This document shows positions 1 to 11,248 of a DNA stretch of 50,974 bases, one piece after another. The position numbers were made by a program, and so were the translations under genes. Numbering within the stretch: position 1 is the first letter of the stretch; every line of letters begins with the position of its first letter. The stretch spans positions 310,001 through 360,974 of the forward strand of contig CBCXTV010000001.1 of the NCBI GenBank assembly GCA_965178125.1, written 5' to 3'. The notes under the pieces were generated by a model, which had not been told where the DNA came from, searched no databases, and saw only the letters and a program-made list of their open reading frames with translations. Origin of the DNA: Bilabrum cf. latius. Lineage: Eukaryota.

Positions 1-1606
1 CAGCGCCATAGGGCAGAGCGTGAAGTACCTGGCCGCTTGGCTTGGCCGGACCCCCGCCCGCCCTCCGCCGGCAGCTCCTCCCGTCCGTCCCTATGGAGGC
101 AGATCCGCGTACCCATGCTGCGGCGGGATCCTGACACAATCCGCTCCTCTTAGTGTGTGGCCGTGGGGCATGAGTGGAGCAGCATCGGGCCCTCACCAGC
201 CGTGGAACGGAAGCAGCTCTCCGTGCGGCAGCTGTGCGATGCACAGACCTCGTCCCAAAGATACGGATCCATTTTGCCGTCTTCCCGCGCATACTGCATC
301 GCTCTGCAAAACTGCATTGCGCAGTGGATCCCCGAGCGTCGACTGCCAATAGCAGGCGGCCTCGCAAGGCCTTCATGGACGCAGGATTTGGGCTTCTTCA
401 TCGTAAATTTGGGGTCTGCTCAGCGCGCGAAAATTCCAACGCTTCAAAATGATCCGGACGTCGCGAGAAGGGAACTCGTTGCTTGCTCACCTGTGCGGAG
501 GGGTTGGATGCCCGATGTGCTAAAGAGAGGATACTGTCCGTCGGCGTTCTCTCTTCACCTTGTGCGGAAGGGTTGGGTGCCTGATTTCAGACAGAGAAGG
601 TCTCGTCCGTTGGGAGCGCTTAGGAATACTTCCGGATGGGGCGTCCAGACGCGGTCCAGGACCTCCAGCTCGTCGGGGTCAATGTCGCCCGCGCCGTCCG
701 TGCCTTTGACGCCCTCTGGATCGATGATGCCCACGATCTTTGTCATCTCGGACGACACACGTCCCAGCTGCTCTTTGGTAGTGCATTACCTCATTGACCC
801 CGAAGCGTTGAATATTTAATGAAGACCCTTCGGAAGCTGACGAAGTTTGTCAGCTTGTCGGAGCGCAGCCTGGGTCCTTGTCAACAAACATGGAGGGTTT
901 CGGGGCGGATTTCCAGCGTTCCGCCTTGATATCGAGTGCACCTCGAGGTCGGGATCGAAGCGGGGCGGGCGGTTCGTCATCCTCTGTGATACGCTTAGGA
1001 GGCGCCGACTTGATGCCCACCTTGTCCCCCAATCACTCCAGACGTAACTGGGGAACTCTACCCGTCGTGGGCCGGGTACGCCTCCGAATCCCACGCGAGC
1101 CGTTCCCCACGGCGCACCGATAAGCGCCGCTGCAAGCGTACCAAGAGGGGCGTACCAAGAGGTGCTTCCTTCGCTCGGCAGTGTGGCACTTCAAGCAGTA
1201 GAATGTGCCACTCCCAGCACGTAGGTGGAGTTTGCGAGCTGCCGGCCGACATGCTCGTGTGGTGACCTCCGGCGCACCGATAAGTGCCGCTGCAAGCGCA
1301 CCAATACTACTTCGCTTGGGAGCGTGGCACTTTAAGCAATGCAGTGCGCCGGTTTTCGTGCACGCCCAGTCGCGCGGACGCCGCAGGTGGCTTGGCGGTA
1401 GGATAGAATTAGTGGCGGGTCGGTTTTGCATGTCTTCCCTCTCCTCTTGATATGGTACACAAAGGCAAGAGCCTGACGATGCAGACGGAACTCCTGGATT
1501 TCACCGCCACATTCCTAGTCAAGACAGCCCTCGACTAAACAGACGCCGAGTTATCTTGAGCAGCATCCCACGACGCAGTGATGTGGACGGCAAGGGTGAT
1601 GCCATG

Positions 1607-4420
1607 CTTTCCGGGCCTCCCATGTGACCGCTTTTTGCGTACCGAAACACTTTCCGAGGTCGACGCCCCGGCGGAGCACGCCGGCGCGGCGGCAAGCGTC
1701 GATGTTGCGGGCGGCCCAGCCATGAGGTACATGATCAAGTACGCGGAAAGCACGCAGAGCGTCGTCAATCCGTTCGTGAGCCGCGAGTTCCAAAAGGTCT
1801 TCGAGCACATCCGCCCGGAAAGCACGCAGAGCATCGTCAATCCGTTCGTGAGCCGCGAGTTCCAGAAGGTCTTCGAGCACATCCCCCCGGAAAGCACGCA
1901 GAGCATCGTCAATCCGTTCGTGAGCCGCGAATTCCAAAAGGTCTTCGAGCACATCCCCCGGATGATGTCGAGCATGCGGACGCCCTGCTCCGGATGATGT
2001 CGGCCATGCGGACGCTCTTCCCAGACCTTGCGCGGCAGCGGGACGAAAATGGAGCTCTCCCTGCACCGCAAGCACGCCGGAAACCTGGTGCACTTCCACG
2101 TATGCATGACGGACTCCGAGAGGTCGCATCGTTGTCGCGTGGCGGAGGATTTCATTTGGGCCGGCAGCAGGCCGAATGTCGTGTACGGCTTTTAGGTACC
2201 GAACCCGAGCTCCCGGCAGCAGCGCAGGCGGCATGCTTGGGGCGGCACGTGGATCTTCGACGACGCCATTACGCTAAGCGATTGCGGGTCGAGGGTGCAG
2301 ATCGGCGCGCCGCAGTCGAAGCTCTTGGCGATGGTCGTGCCCCGGAAGTCGGGCCAGGGCATTCTCCGAGTCTCTTTGCCGATGATGTCTGAGGAGAAAC
2401 CGTCCGAGAGCATTGCTGTTTCCTTGGGAGACGGCCGCAATCTTCGTGGGCGTCAAGGCGCCGGTAATATGGGAAACGAGGGCGGCATGTTGGCGCGCGA
2501 GGTCGACGCCCCGGCGGAGCACGCCGGCGCGGCGGCAAGCGTCGATGTTGCGGGCGGCCCAGCCATGAGGCACATGATCAAGTACGCGGAAAGCACGCAG
2601 AGCGTTGTCAATCCGTTCGTGAGCCGCGAGTTCCAAAAGGTCTTCGAGCACATCCCCCCGGAAAGCACGCAGAGCGTCGTCAATCCGTTCGTGAGCCGCG
2701 AGTTCCAGAAGGTCTTCGAGCACATCCCCCCGGAAAGCACGCAGAGCATCGTCAATCCGTTCGTGAGCCGCGAGTTCCAAAAGGTCTTCGAGCACATCCC
2801 CCGGATGATGTCGAGCATGCGGACGCCCTGCTCCGGATGATGTCGGCCATGCGGACGCTCTTCCCAGACCTTGCGCGGCAGCGGGACGAAAATGGAGCTC
2901 TCCCTGCACCGCAAGCACGCCGGAAACCTGGTGCACTTCCACGTATGCATGACGGACTCCGAGAGGTCGCATCGTTGTCGCGTGGCGGAGGATTTCATTT
3001 GGGCCGGCAGCAGGCCGAATGTCGTGTACGACGTATGGTCAGACGCAGCCGCTTGGAAGGCGGGTGGCGGCGTGGCAGACGGGAAGGATGTCGGAACCTG
3101 GGGTTCATGGAAGACGCCTGCGAAGTCGTCATGGGGGGAGCCGTACGTGCCGTGGCAGGTCGCGCCGGAGCCGGCGGAGGAGGCGACATGGACTTGCAAC
3201 GCGTGCCAGGGCCTAAGCCCCGGTCAGAGTACTTCAAGAAGTGGAAGGACTGGATCCAACCAGTTTGCCGGGTGTGTTGCGACAAGTTCGACAACGCGAC
3301 GCCGTGGTGGGTGAGGTGCAAGAACTGCAAAAACGAGTATCCGGCGTACCGATTTCCCCAGAACCGCCGGAAGAAGGAGAACCTGCGCTATTTCTTCCCT
3401 GAGGACTGGTGCGCGAAGTGCCTGGTTGCGCGTGGCTGGAGTCTCCATGATGTCCGTTCCTCTGCGGGTGAAGCGAAGCGTTGGGTGCCAAAAGCTGGCG
3501 CGAATACCGGTGACGGCGACAACGACGCTCGTGCTCCCGCACGCGACGAGCCTCCTGCAGGAGGCGCCGCCTCCTGCAGCAACGCCGTGCGTCAGAGTCC
3601 TTCGCGTGACGAGGCCTTGGATGACATCAACCGGGCCATGGAGCTTCTCCGGAATGCGGAGAAATTCATCTCCGCGATGCCATCGTGCATGCAGTGTGCG
3701 GTGCAGGACCAGTTGATGCAGGGCATCGTCAAAGACCAGGCCCTCTTGGATATCTTCTCCGGCAAGATAACGGACTGGATCAAATACCATCCGGCCACTC
3801 TTGGGGCGATCCAATCCCATCGAAACGCATGGCTGTGGGCTGAGAACCACACGCCGACGGAATGGCTCATGGTTGTCGAGGATGATATCGAACCTCGCGA
3901 AGCATGCGTGGATCGGCTACTCGTAGTTCTTCACGCCATCGCGAAAACCCCAAGGTGACGCAGATGGCCATGTTAGCGGGGTCAGAAGCACCGAGAATGG
4001 TCAGCCTCCAGCGCGGAAACTCCACCTCCATCCACAACTGCGAGCGCCTCTTGGACGTGCGGACCTATCCGGCGCACTGGGTAGACAACACATTTGTGGT
4101 CCCCTACCACGTCGGCATGGGCCTAAAGTGGTATCTCATCAGCCCGGAGGGGAGGAAGGCGCTCCTGAAGATGCGGATCCCGAACCGAAGCTTCGAACGC
4201 TGCGTCTGGCGCCGCCTCTTCGACACGTTCCACGCCGGCGAAACCTCGAGTTTTGGCATCAAGATCGTGTCGCGGCCAGGCTGTACGACGGCGGCAAGAA
4301 GACGGAGAAGGAGGATGCTCACGGTATCGCCCTGATCATCTGCACGACTTCGTGGGGCTCCATGACGTAACGGCGAGCGAGAACATTGACTGGTGGCGTG
4401 GCTGGAGGATCTCGGGAACA
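1607..4420 (+). pseudogene. Mosaic of fragments of the element's own genes
   Basis: Consecutive pieces match rep, the GT25 gene, ORF18271 and ORF23036, with scattered substitutions, frameshifts and stops. Confidence 0.85.
1744..1960 (+). repeat. 3 x 72-bp tandem repeat derived from the GT gene (~10725-10797); the triplet recurs at ~2587-2803
   Basis: cggaaagcacgcag starts at 1744, 1816 and 1888; encodes ESTQSxVNPFVSREFQKVFEHIxP. Confidence 0.9.
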
Positions 4421-4725
4421 CACGGCGGGCGAGCCGTTTTTCAAAAGGAGCACGGGTCCTTCGGGACGCCATTTCACTTACGGCGGGCGAGCCGTTTTCC
4501 GAATGGTGCGGGGGTCCTACTGATGCACACGGCGATCGCTGGTTCACTCACGGCGGACACACGGCGGGCGAGCCGTTTTTCAAAAGGAGCACGGGTCCTT
4601 CGGGACGCCATTTCACTTACGGCGGGCGAGCCGTTTTCCGAATGGTGCGGGGGTCCTACTGATGCACACGGCGATCGCTGGTTCACTCACGGCGGGCGAG
4701 CCGTTTTCCGAATGGTGCGGAGTCC
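4421..4725. repeat. Array of five ACGGC-gggcga-GCCGT-tttt hairpin repeats
   Basis: Copies at 4422, 4480, 4561, 4619 and 4689 with spacers in A-B-A-B order. Confidence 0.85.
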
Positions 4726-5040
4726 TCCAGATGACCACGGTGATGGGTGGCAGCATGTCATAGGCGCGCCGTCGGAAGCTTCCCCTTCGAGTGCTGCCTA
4801 AAACTGAGAAACCTGGAGATCCTAGCATCGTATGGAGGCAAGAGGTAACACCTTGGGGTCCGTTCTCCGCTTCAATTCCTGTCCCAAATCCGATTCCCAT
4901 TTCGAGACCGAAAAAGGTGACCCGGAAAACGACGGTACTTATTTCTGAACCGTTTTCCGGACGCTTTCCGGGCCTCCCATGTGACCGCTTTTTGCGTACC
5001 GAAACACGTTCCGCGCGTGAGGAGCAGATGCGGGGATTTC

Positions 5041-5700
5041 GCCAAAAATGGCCGATCCGCACAAGGAATTTAAGTTGCGGCGACACAGCTCGGACCCCGG
5101 CTTTTTTTTGGCTGTTTCGGGGCCCCAAGAGGGCTCCCGGCCCCAAAAAGAGCGTTTTCGGGGGGCTCGGAAGGGGACCCCCCAGGATTTGGCCAAAAAT
5201 GGCCGATCCACACAAGGACTTTAAGTTGCGGCGACACAGTTCGGGCCCCGGTTTGTTTTTGCGGTTTGGGGGCCCCGAGAGGGCTCCCGGCCCCAAAAAG
5301 GGCAAAACGCGAGGTTGTGGTGGAAAAAATGGGCCCCAGGCAGCCCCCAAACGACGCAAAACGCCACGTTGTGGTGGATTTTAGAGCCCCTAAATCGCCC
5401 AAAAAAGACGCAAAACGCCACGTTGTGGTGGATTTTAGAGCCCCTAAATCGCCCCAAAGAGACGCAAAACGCCACGTTGTAGTGGATTTTAGAGCCCCTA
5501 AACCGCCCTAAAAAGACGCAAAACGCCACGTTGTGGTGTTTTTTTTTTTGAGCGTTTTGGGGGGGCCCGGAAGGGGACCCCCCCAGATTTGGCCCAAAAT
5601 GGCCGATCCACACAAGGAATTTAAGTTGCGGCGACACAGTTCGGGCCCCGGGGTTTGTTTTGCTGTTTGGGGGCCCCAAGAGGGCTCCCGGGAGGCCCTA
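5041..5700. repeat. Complex minisatellite: 54-bp units nested in a larger repeat
   Basis: gacgcaaaacgccacgttgt at 5353, 5407, 5461 and 5515; the aaaatggccgatcc...taagttgcggcgacacag block occurs three times. Confidence 0.9.
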
Positions 5701-8686
5701 GAGTGGCCCTTCTCCGCTTCAATTCCTGTCCCAAATCCGATTCCCATTTCGAGACCGAAAAAGGTGACCCGGAAAACGACGGTACTCTCCGTCACTCCAT
5801 CTGGCGGCGAAAATTGCCTCAGTTTCCGGTCCCCGATTCCGGGCCCAAGGACCCCCGAAATTCCCGATTCCGCGCAGTGCCGAAAGCTCGACATAAACCA
5901 CAAACACGACACACAACACAACACGATAGCGCCTCCCCACGCGCGGGATTGGGTCCTTCCGCTCGCTGCATGTGAGCTGCAGTGTGTTCTTGCCGGGAAT
6001 GTCACTGGAAGTCGCGCTGCAGTCTGCTCAGGGCGCCTTATGACCATGAAGGCGTCTCAGCACCCGCGACGGCAAGAGGGGGCACGCACGACGTTGCGAA
6101 GCACCCGCCCTGGGTGAAGAAACTGCGTATCCACAGGAGTCACGTTCAGTTGCGCGAGAATTGGAAAGGCGGGGTAACTGGTGCAGAGGAGCTTGTTCGC
6201 AGCGCGGCTTCCACCAGCGCCGCTGACGATAAGATGCATCGGTCTCGGTACATGAGTCGGCACGGTGTTGCGTGATTGACTTCACGATGCGGGAGTGTGC
6301 AGCCTTCCGCAGCGGGAGAATTGTATCTCCCCACGACCGCCGAAAAAAAAAAAAAAAAAGGCTATGCTGGACTCGTTCCAGGGAAGGCTATGCGATGAGT
6401 ATCTCTAGGCGCTTTCCGGAAGACCCACCCACTACACGCTGGTCAGCCCTCCCAAGCGGGAGTGAACCGCGGAGCCGCGGGCCCGTGAGCGCTGCTGCTA
6501 CGATCATTTCTGCCCGTTTGACTCTCGCCCACTCTTGCCGTGACCAAAGACGCGCAGATCCTTATGACGCATGACACCTCGTCGAGGTGTCGAGACTGCC
6601 TCACATTCCCGTTACGGAGACCCACAGCACTGCGACAACGAAATCGGTCACGAAGAGAGCAAGAGGCCGCGCACCTGAGCATCACAAAAACCCCGAGAGA
6701 CATAAACAACACCGTACCGTGAAGTCCCTGCGACGAGGGGATGCTAAGCGGCTCCCACGGCGGCTCCTCTGCGGGAGAAGCTGCCGCAGACCTCGAGATG
6801 GGATGCACATGATTGCGAAGATTGCGGAACTCGTCCGAAGCCGGTCGCACGAGGGTCACAGCGAATGGAGGCATATCTTTGAAATAGAGTCTGCGTGCAA
6901 AGCAGCATTCCAAACGATCGTCCGCATTCTTCCGAGCAAATCCTTGGGAGCACACATCCTGCGGACGACATCTCTTTTCTATCCACCCCAGCGTACTCCC
7001 CGCGCACACTTCTCGCGAATGATTGAGAATTCTGTGCGGCACATGTAATATCAGGCTACCATGATACGCGGAATGGCGTGCTATTGCTCGCACGTTCGTG
7101 CGCCCCCTTCCGAATGCGCTTACCACATCACTATGTTCGTCGGCAACCGTATACACCGTAGGGGTCTTCCCTCCGACACCAAGCGTACACGACTGGCCGT
7201 AATAGCGCAGCGTAGATGTTTCGGACGTCGCCCAGGACAAGTGTCGACGCCCGGTTCGTCACGATCACTACGTGTGCACTTCACTCACCGCCCTCCAGCC
7301 GCTAGACTTCTTTTGGAACGCGACATCCTACGACGCGCTATGACACGTAGCCGTAAACCGCAGACGGCCTCGCGTTCACTGCTTGCAGCGCAAGTGCGTG
7401 AACAAGAACCGCCCGCGTGGCACACCTTCGCAGGCGCGGAAGACAAAAAGTTCCTTCTAAGCTTGTATTCGGGTCCGAAAGCCAAATTCCACTTCGGGGT
7501 CGAGAAGGGCGACCCGGGAAATCACCGTACGCTCTGTGAATCCATTTCCCGGGGAAAGTCCCCGAGTTCCCGCTACCCGGTCCCAGGCCCAGCGACCCAG
7601 GAAAGTTCCCGTCCCCCCGCATGCGGAAACCTCCCACGAAGCACGCCCACCTCACGCTTCACACGCAAAAGTCCAGGAGTCAAATCCATTCCGGACCCAG
7701 CAGTTCACCCCCCGTGACGATTGGGAAAGGCTCTTGCACACACCTTCTCGTCCGAGCAGTCTATGGAGCACACGCCTGTCTTCGTTGCCTTTTCCGGCCA
7801 AAAATGCAGGGAGTTCGAAGGGGAAGTAGCAAACGCGGAAGACCGCTTTCGAAACGCAGGTGCTCAGGGAAAAACAACCAGAGCGTCCCTGATCCTCGGC
7901 AGAGCCGTCCAGGAGGGACGGGCACGGACGGGCATCGCAGATCTTGCAGCGCCACCATTCGCCGGGATGGGCGACCGGACGAGGGCGACCACAAGTACGT
8001 AGCGTGCGACGTCCGTCAGTCGCCATGTTGCGCTCATTCGCTTTCGCGGCACGACTTCCAGGGCCGGCCTTACTCACTCCTCGGAGTCCGCGTGTGGATT
8101 CTCCCCTGCGCACGATCTGCCGCTCTAGATGCTACACAAAGATCCCGCTCGGATGACCCCCTCTGTGCATTCTGCAAGATTTTACGCGCCTCCATTCAAT
8201 GCGCGAAGCATGCACCGCAGCAGTCTGAGTCCGGTGACCACCTTCAATAGCGTGGGACAAATTCCGTCCGCGATGTGCATTCGGGCATGCTCCCCTTTCC
8301 GAGTCTCTGTGACCCGTAGTGCGTCCGCGGCCAACGACTCAGGACTCCACGATGGTACGCACGAGTTGCATTCCTTGCACGAAGCGTGCGGAGAGAAAGC
8401 GATGCTCAGACATCGAGGCGCTTGGAGGGTCTGCACACGACATGCTTCGAGAGGCCATGCAAACATGCGAAACCAGAACTGAGGTTCCTCATCGTTCCTG
8501 CTGTCGAGCGCTCAATTGGGGCATCGGATCAGGACGAAGCTCGCGAAGAGAGGGCGCGGGTGTCCCCATCCAAAAATCCGCCGCCTTCAAGGCTCATGTT
8601 CCCGGATCCTGCATTCGCGAGTTTCGGGAGCAGAAGTGCAAGATCGCCGCTGGACACACAGCGCATGCCATTTCCCGTCTCTGGAG

Positions 8687-11248
8687 ATGTCGGGCTTCCA
8701 GGCGCAATTCGGACACCATCGCCAGGACCTCGGGAAGATGACATGTCTGCTGATCTGCAGGGAAGAGTCCCGCTTCGAGGAGTGGCGACAAAAAAAAGGG
8801 GCGCGAGAACTCCACGAGCACATGGGAGCGGTCCTTCGGCTCCCCAATCCAGTGTTTCCGCAGACCGACAGGGACCCAGATGGACGCGACATCGTCAAAG
8901 ACCAGGCCCTCTTGGATATCTTCTCCGGCAAGATAACGGACTGGAGCAAATACAATCCGGCCACTGTTGGGGCGATCCAATCCCATCGAAACGCATGGCT
9001 GTGGGCTGAGAACCACACGCCGACGGAATGGCTCATGGTTGTCGAAGATGATATCGAACCTCGCGAAGCATGCGTGGATCGGCTACTCGTAGTTCTTCAC
9101 GCCATCGCGAAAAACCCCAAGGTGACGCAGATGGCCATGTTAGCGGGGTCAGAAGCACCGAGAATGGTCACCCTCCAGCGCGAAAACTCCACCTCCATCC
9201 ACAATTGCGAGCGCCTCTTGGACGTGCGGACCTATCCGGCGCACTGGGTAGACAACACATTTGTGGTCCCCTACCACGTCGGCATGGGCCTAAAGTGGTA
9301 TCTCATCAGCCCGGAGGGGAGGAAGGCGCTCCTGAAGATGCGGATCCCGAACCGAAGCTTCGAACGCTGCGTCTGGCGCCGCCTCTTCGACACGTTCCAA
9401 GGGCCGGTATGGAAGTGGGGAGATTGCCTCCGCATGACATCTGTGCTGGCAGCCAGCCCGGTCCTCGCATCGACTCCCGAGAGCATGGACACGGAGTGGG
9501 GGGGCTCGGGACGACGAAGTGCGGATGCAGGGCACAGTATGAAACCGTACATAATGATCGACCCGAGTGACGACTGGACTCTTGGCGAGCGATTAAACAC
9601 ATTGTCCGTCGTGATGTCCGTGTGCGCGGCCCTGAGTTGGGGGGTTGTCCTCGTCTGGGAAAAAACAGAGCGCGTGCCCATCTCCTACGAAGACTTGTGC
9701 GGTGTTCACGAGCACGCCGGCGAAACCAACACGTTCGTCCACCTCCTCCAGGACAAACGCGGCGGGTCGTATTCGTACTTCCTGAGGTACGGAGACATCC
9801 GCATCCACGTGGTGCAGCCGATGATGTGCATCCCCACCCTCGACAGAATGCTCGACATGGTAGCCATGAAGAGGCCCAAGATGAACACCCTGCCTCCCTT
9901 GAAATGGCAGACCGCTCGATGGATCCAAGTCAAGCAGAAGTGGATCGATAAACTCCACACGGAGATGCCGGGGGCCGAGCTGCCCTCATGGCTGGAGTGG
10001 CCACCCTCAACCCACGCGCTTGTCCTCTGCGACGACAGGGACTTGGCGGCGCATTGCCTCGAGGGGAGATGCCAAGAGGAGCAGCAGGAGTGGATGAACG
10101 GCGGGAAGGACAACAGCATCCAGTACTACATCCTTGAGGCAAAGCAGGCGCTGCAGAACGAGTTGGAAGACATCCTAAAGGGGGACAGCAGCTCGCGCCT
10201 CGTCGTGATCCGCATGACAACCAAACCGCTGGGACAGGTCTGGGTGGACATGATGAAGCACCTCACGAAGCAGTTCAGGGAGCGCATCATAACGCCAACG
10301 TTCCTCCTCCCGAAAATGATCCCCAAAAGGAGGCACGACGAGAAGAACCCGAGTGATGATTGGATTACTTGGGGAGCATCCTTGGCGAAAACCGTGGGCC
10401 TCCTCACGCTCATACCTCCGATGCAAGTGCACTATCCCATCATGAGCTGGACCGTGGCCTGGAACCACTTCATGTTTAAGGGCAGGACTGCCACGGACAC
10501 CGTGATCCCAGACGTCATCCGAACTCTGTACGCTCCGCACAAGAGCAACAGGAAGCAGCTCCTCAAGAACGGCCCGCTGTGCCAGACGAGGCGCGCCGTG
10601 CTGGACTCGCCCGCACTGCGGGACATTGCGAACAACTACTCAAGGGCCAAGGACAAGACCTATAACCTCTTGAGTTATTCCAAATGGTTTGCCGAGGAAG
10701 CCATGTGGCACATGATCAAGTACGCGGAAAGCACGCAGTGCATCGTCGACCCGTTCGTGAGCCGCCAGTGCCAAAAGGTCTTCGAGCACATCCCCTCGGA
10801 CGACATCGGCCATGCGGACGCCCGGCTCCGGTACAACCTTCAGGATGCCGACGACCGAGGTTACCGCTTCAACGCGGGGCATCTCTACACCGCGGTGCAG
10901 GGCATCAAAACGGTGAACATCGCATACAACAAGTGGCTCACCGAGCAGGCACAGAGTCATTCCGAATGGAGCTGGGGCAAAACGTTCATCAAGCTTGTGA
11001 TCAACCAGTGGCGGCAGCAGCAGGGCAGTGAGCCGTATGACGTGGACGAGGAGGAGTACGTGAGCCTTCCGCGGACCTTCCACGGGAATTCGTTGAAGCT
11101 CGCGAGGAGCGTAAGCCACAAGGACACGAGATCCTGCTCCAGATCGTCCTCATCCTATTCCAGGTCGCCCTCCACCAACAGGACTGAGGCACAGCCTTCG
11201 AAGAGAGCGCGCCTGACCCCGGCACCCGGCGTAAAGCACGAGCCCTGA
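8687..11248 (+). CDS. Large protein with an N-terminal GT25-like glycosyltransferase domain
   Basis: GAIQSHRNAW...WLMVVEDDIE...WYLISPEGRKALL matches GT25 signatures (GCxxSHxxxW, hEDD, YhhSxxGAxxLL). ORF is open from 8516; first ATG is 8687. Confidence 0.7.
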   Translation: MSGFQAQFGHHRQDLGKMTCLLICREESRFEEWRQKKGARELHEHMGAVLRLPNPVFPQTDRDPDGRDIVKDQALLDIFSGKITDWSKYNPATVGAIQSHRNAWLWAENHTPTEWLMVVEDDIEPREACVDRLLVVLHAIAKNPKVTQMAMLAGSEAPRMVTLQRENSTSIHNCERLLDVRTYPAHWVDNTFVVPYHVGMGLKWYLISPEGRKALLKMRIPNRSFERCVWRRLFDTFQGPVWKWGDCLRMTSVLAASPVLASTPESMDTEWGGSGRRSADAGHSMKPYIMIDPSDDWTLGERLNTLSVVMSVCAALSWGVVLVWEKTERVPISYEDLCGVHEHAGETNTFVHLLQDKRGGSYSYFLRYGDIRIHVVQPMMCIPTLDRMLDMVAMKRPKMNTLPPLKWQTARWIQVKQKWIDKLHTEMPGAELPSWLEWPPSTHALVLCDDRDLAAHCLEGRCQEEQQEWMNGGKDNSIQYYILEAKQALQNELEDILKGDSSSRLVVIRMTTKPLGQVWVDMMKHLTKQFRERIITPTFLLPKMIPKRRHDEKNPSDDWITWGASLAKTVGLLTLIPPMQVHYPIMSWTVAWNHFMFKGRTATDTVIPDVIRTLYAPHKSNRKQLLKNGPLCQTRRAVLDSPALRDIANNYSRAKDKTYNLLSYSKWFAEEAMWHMIKYAESTQCIVDPFVSRQCQKVFEHIPSDDIGHADARLRYNLQDADDRGYRFNAGHLYTAVQGIKTVNIAYNKWLTEQAQSHSEWSWGKTFIKLVINQWRQQQGSEPYDVDEEEYVSLPRTFHGNSLKLARSVSHKDTRSCSRSSSSYSRSPSTNRTEAQPSKRARLTPAPGVKHEP

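Noticed and set aside
4421-4725. CRISPR array
   Set aside because: Spacers repeat (A-B-A-B) and are uneven in length, the repeat is only ~19 bp, and no cas genes are recognisable.
4440-4740. Hammerhead ribozyme in the repeat (ctgatg, gtcc-ttcg-ggac)
   Set aside because: The core reads CTGATGC rather than CTGANGA, and there is no correctly placed GAAA.
5900-8500. ORFs of 150-265 aa on both strands
   Set aside because: No recognisable motif or consistent coding signal; an AYHGS peptide alone is too weak for an ADP-ribosyltransferase call.
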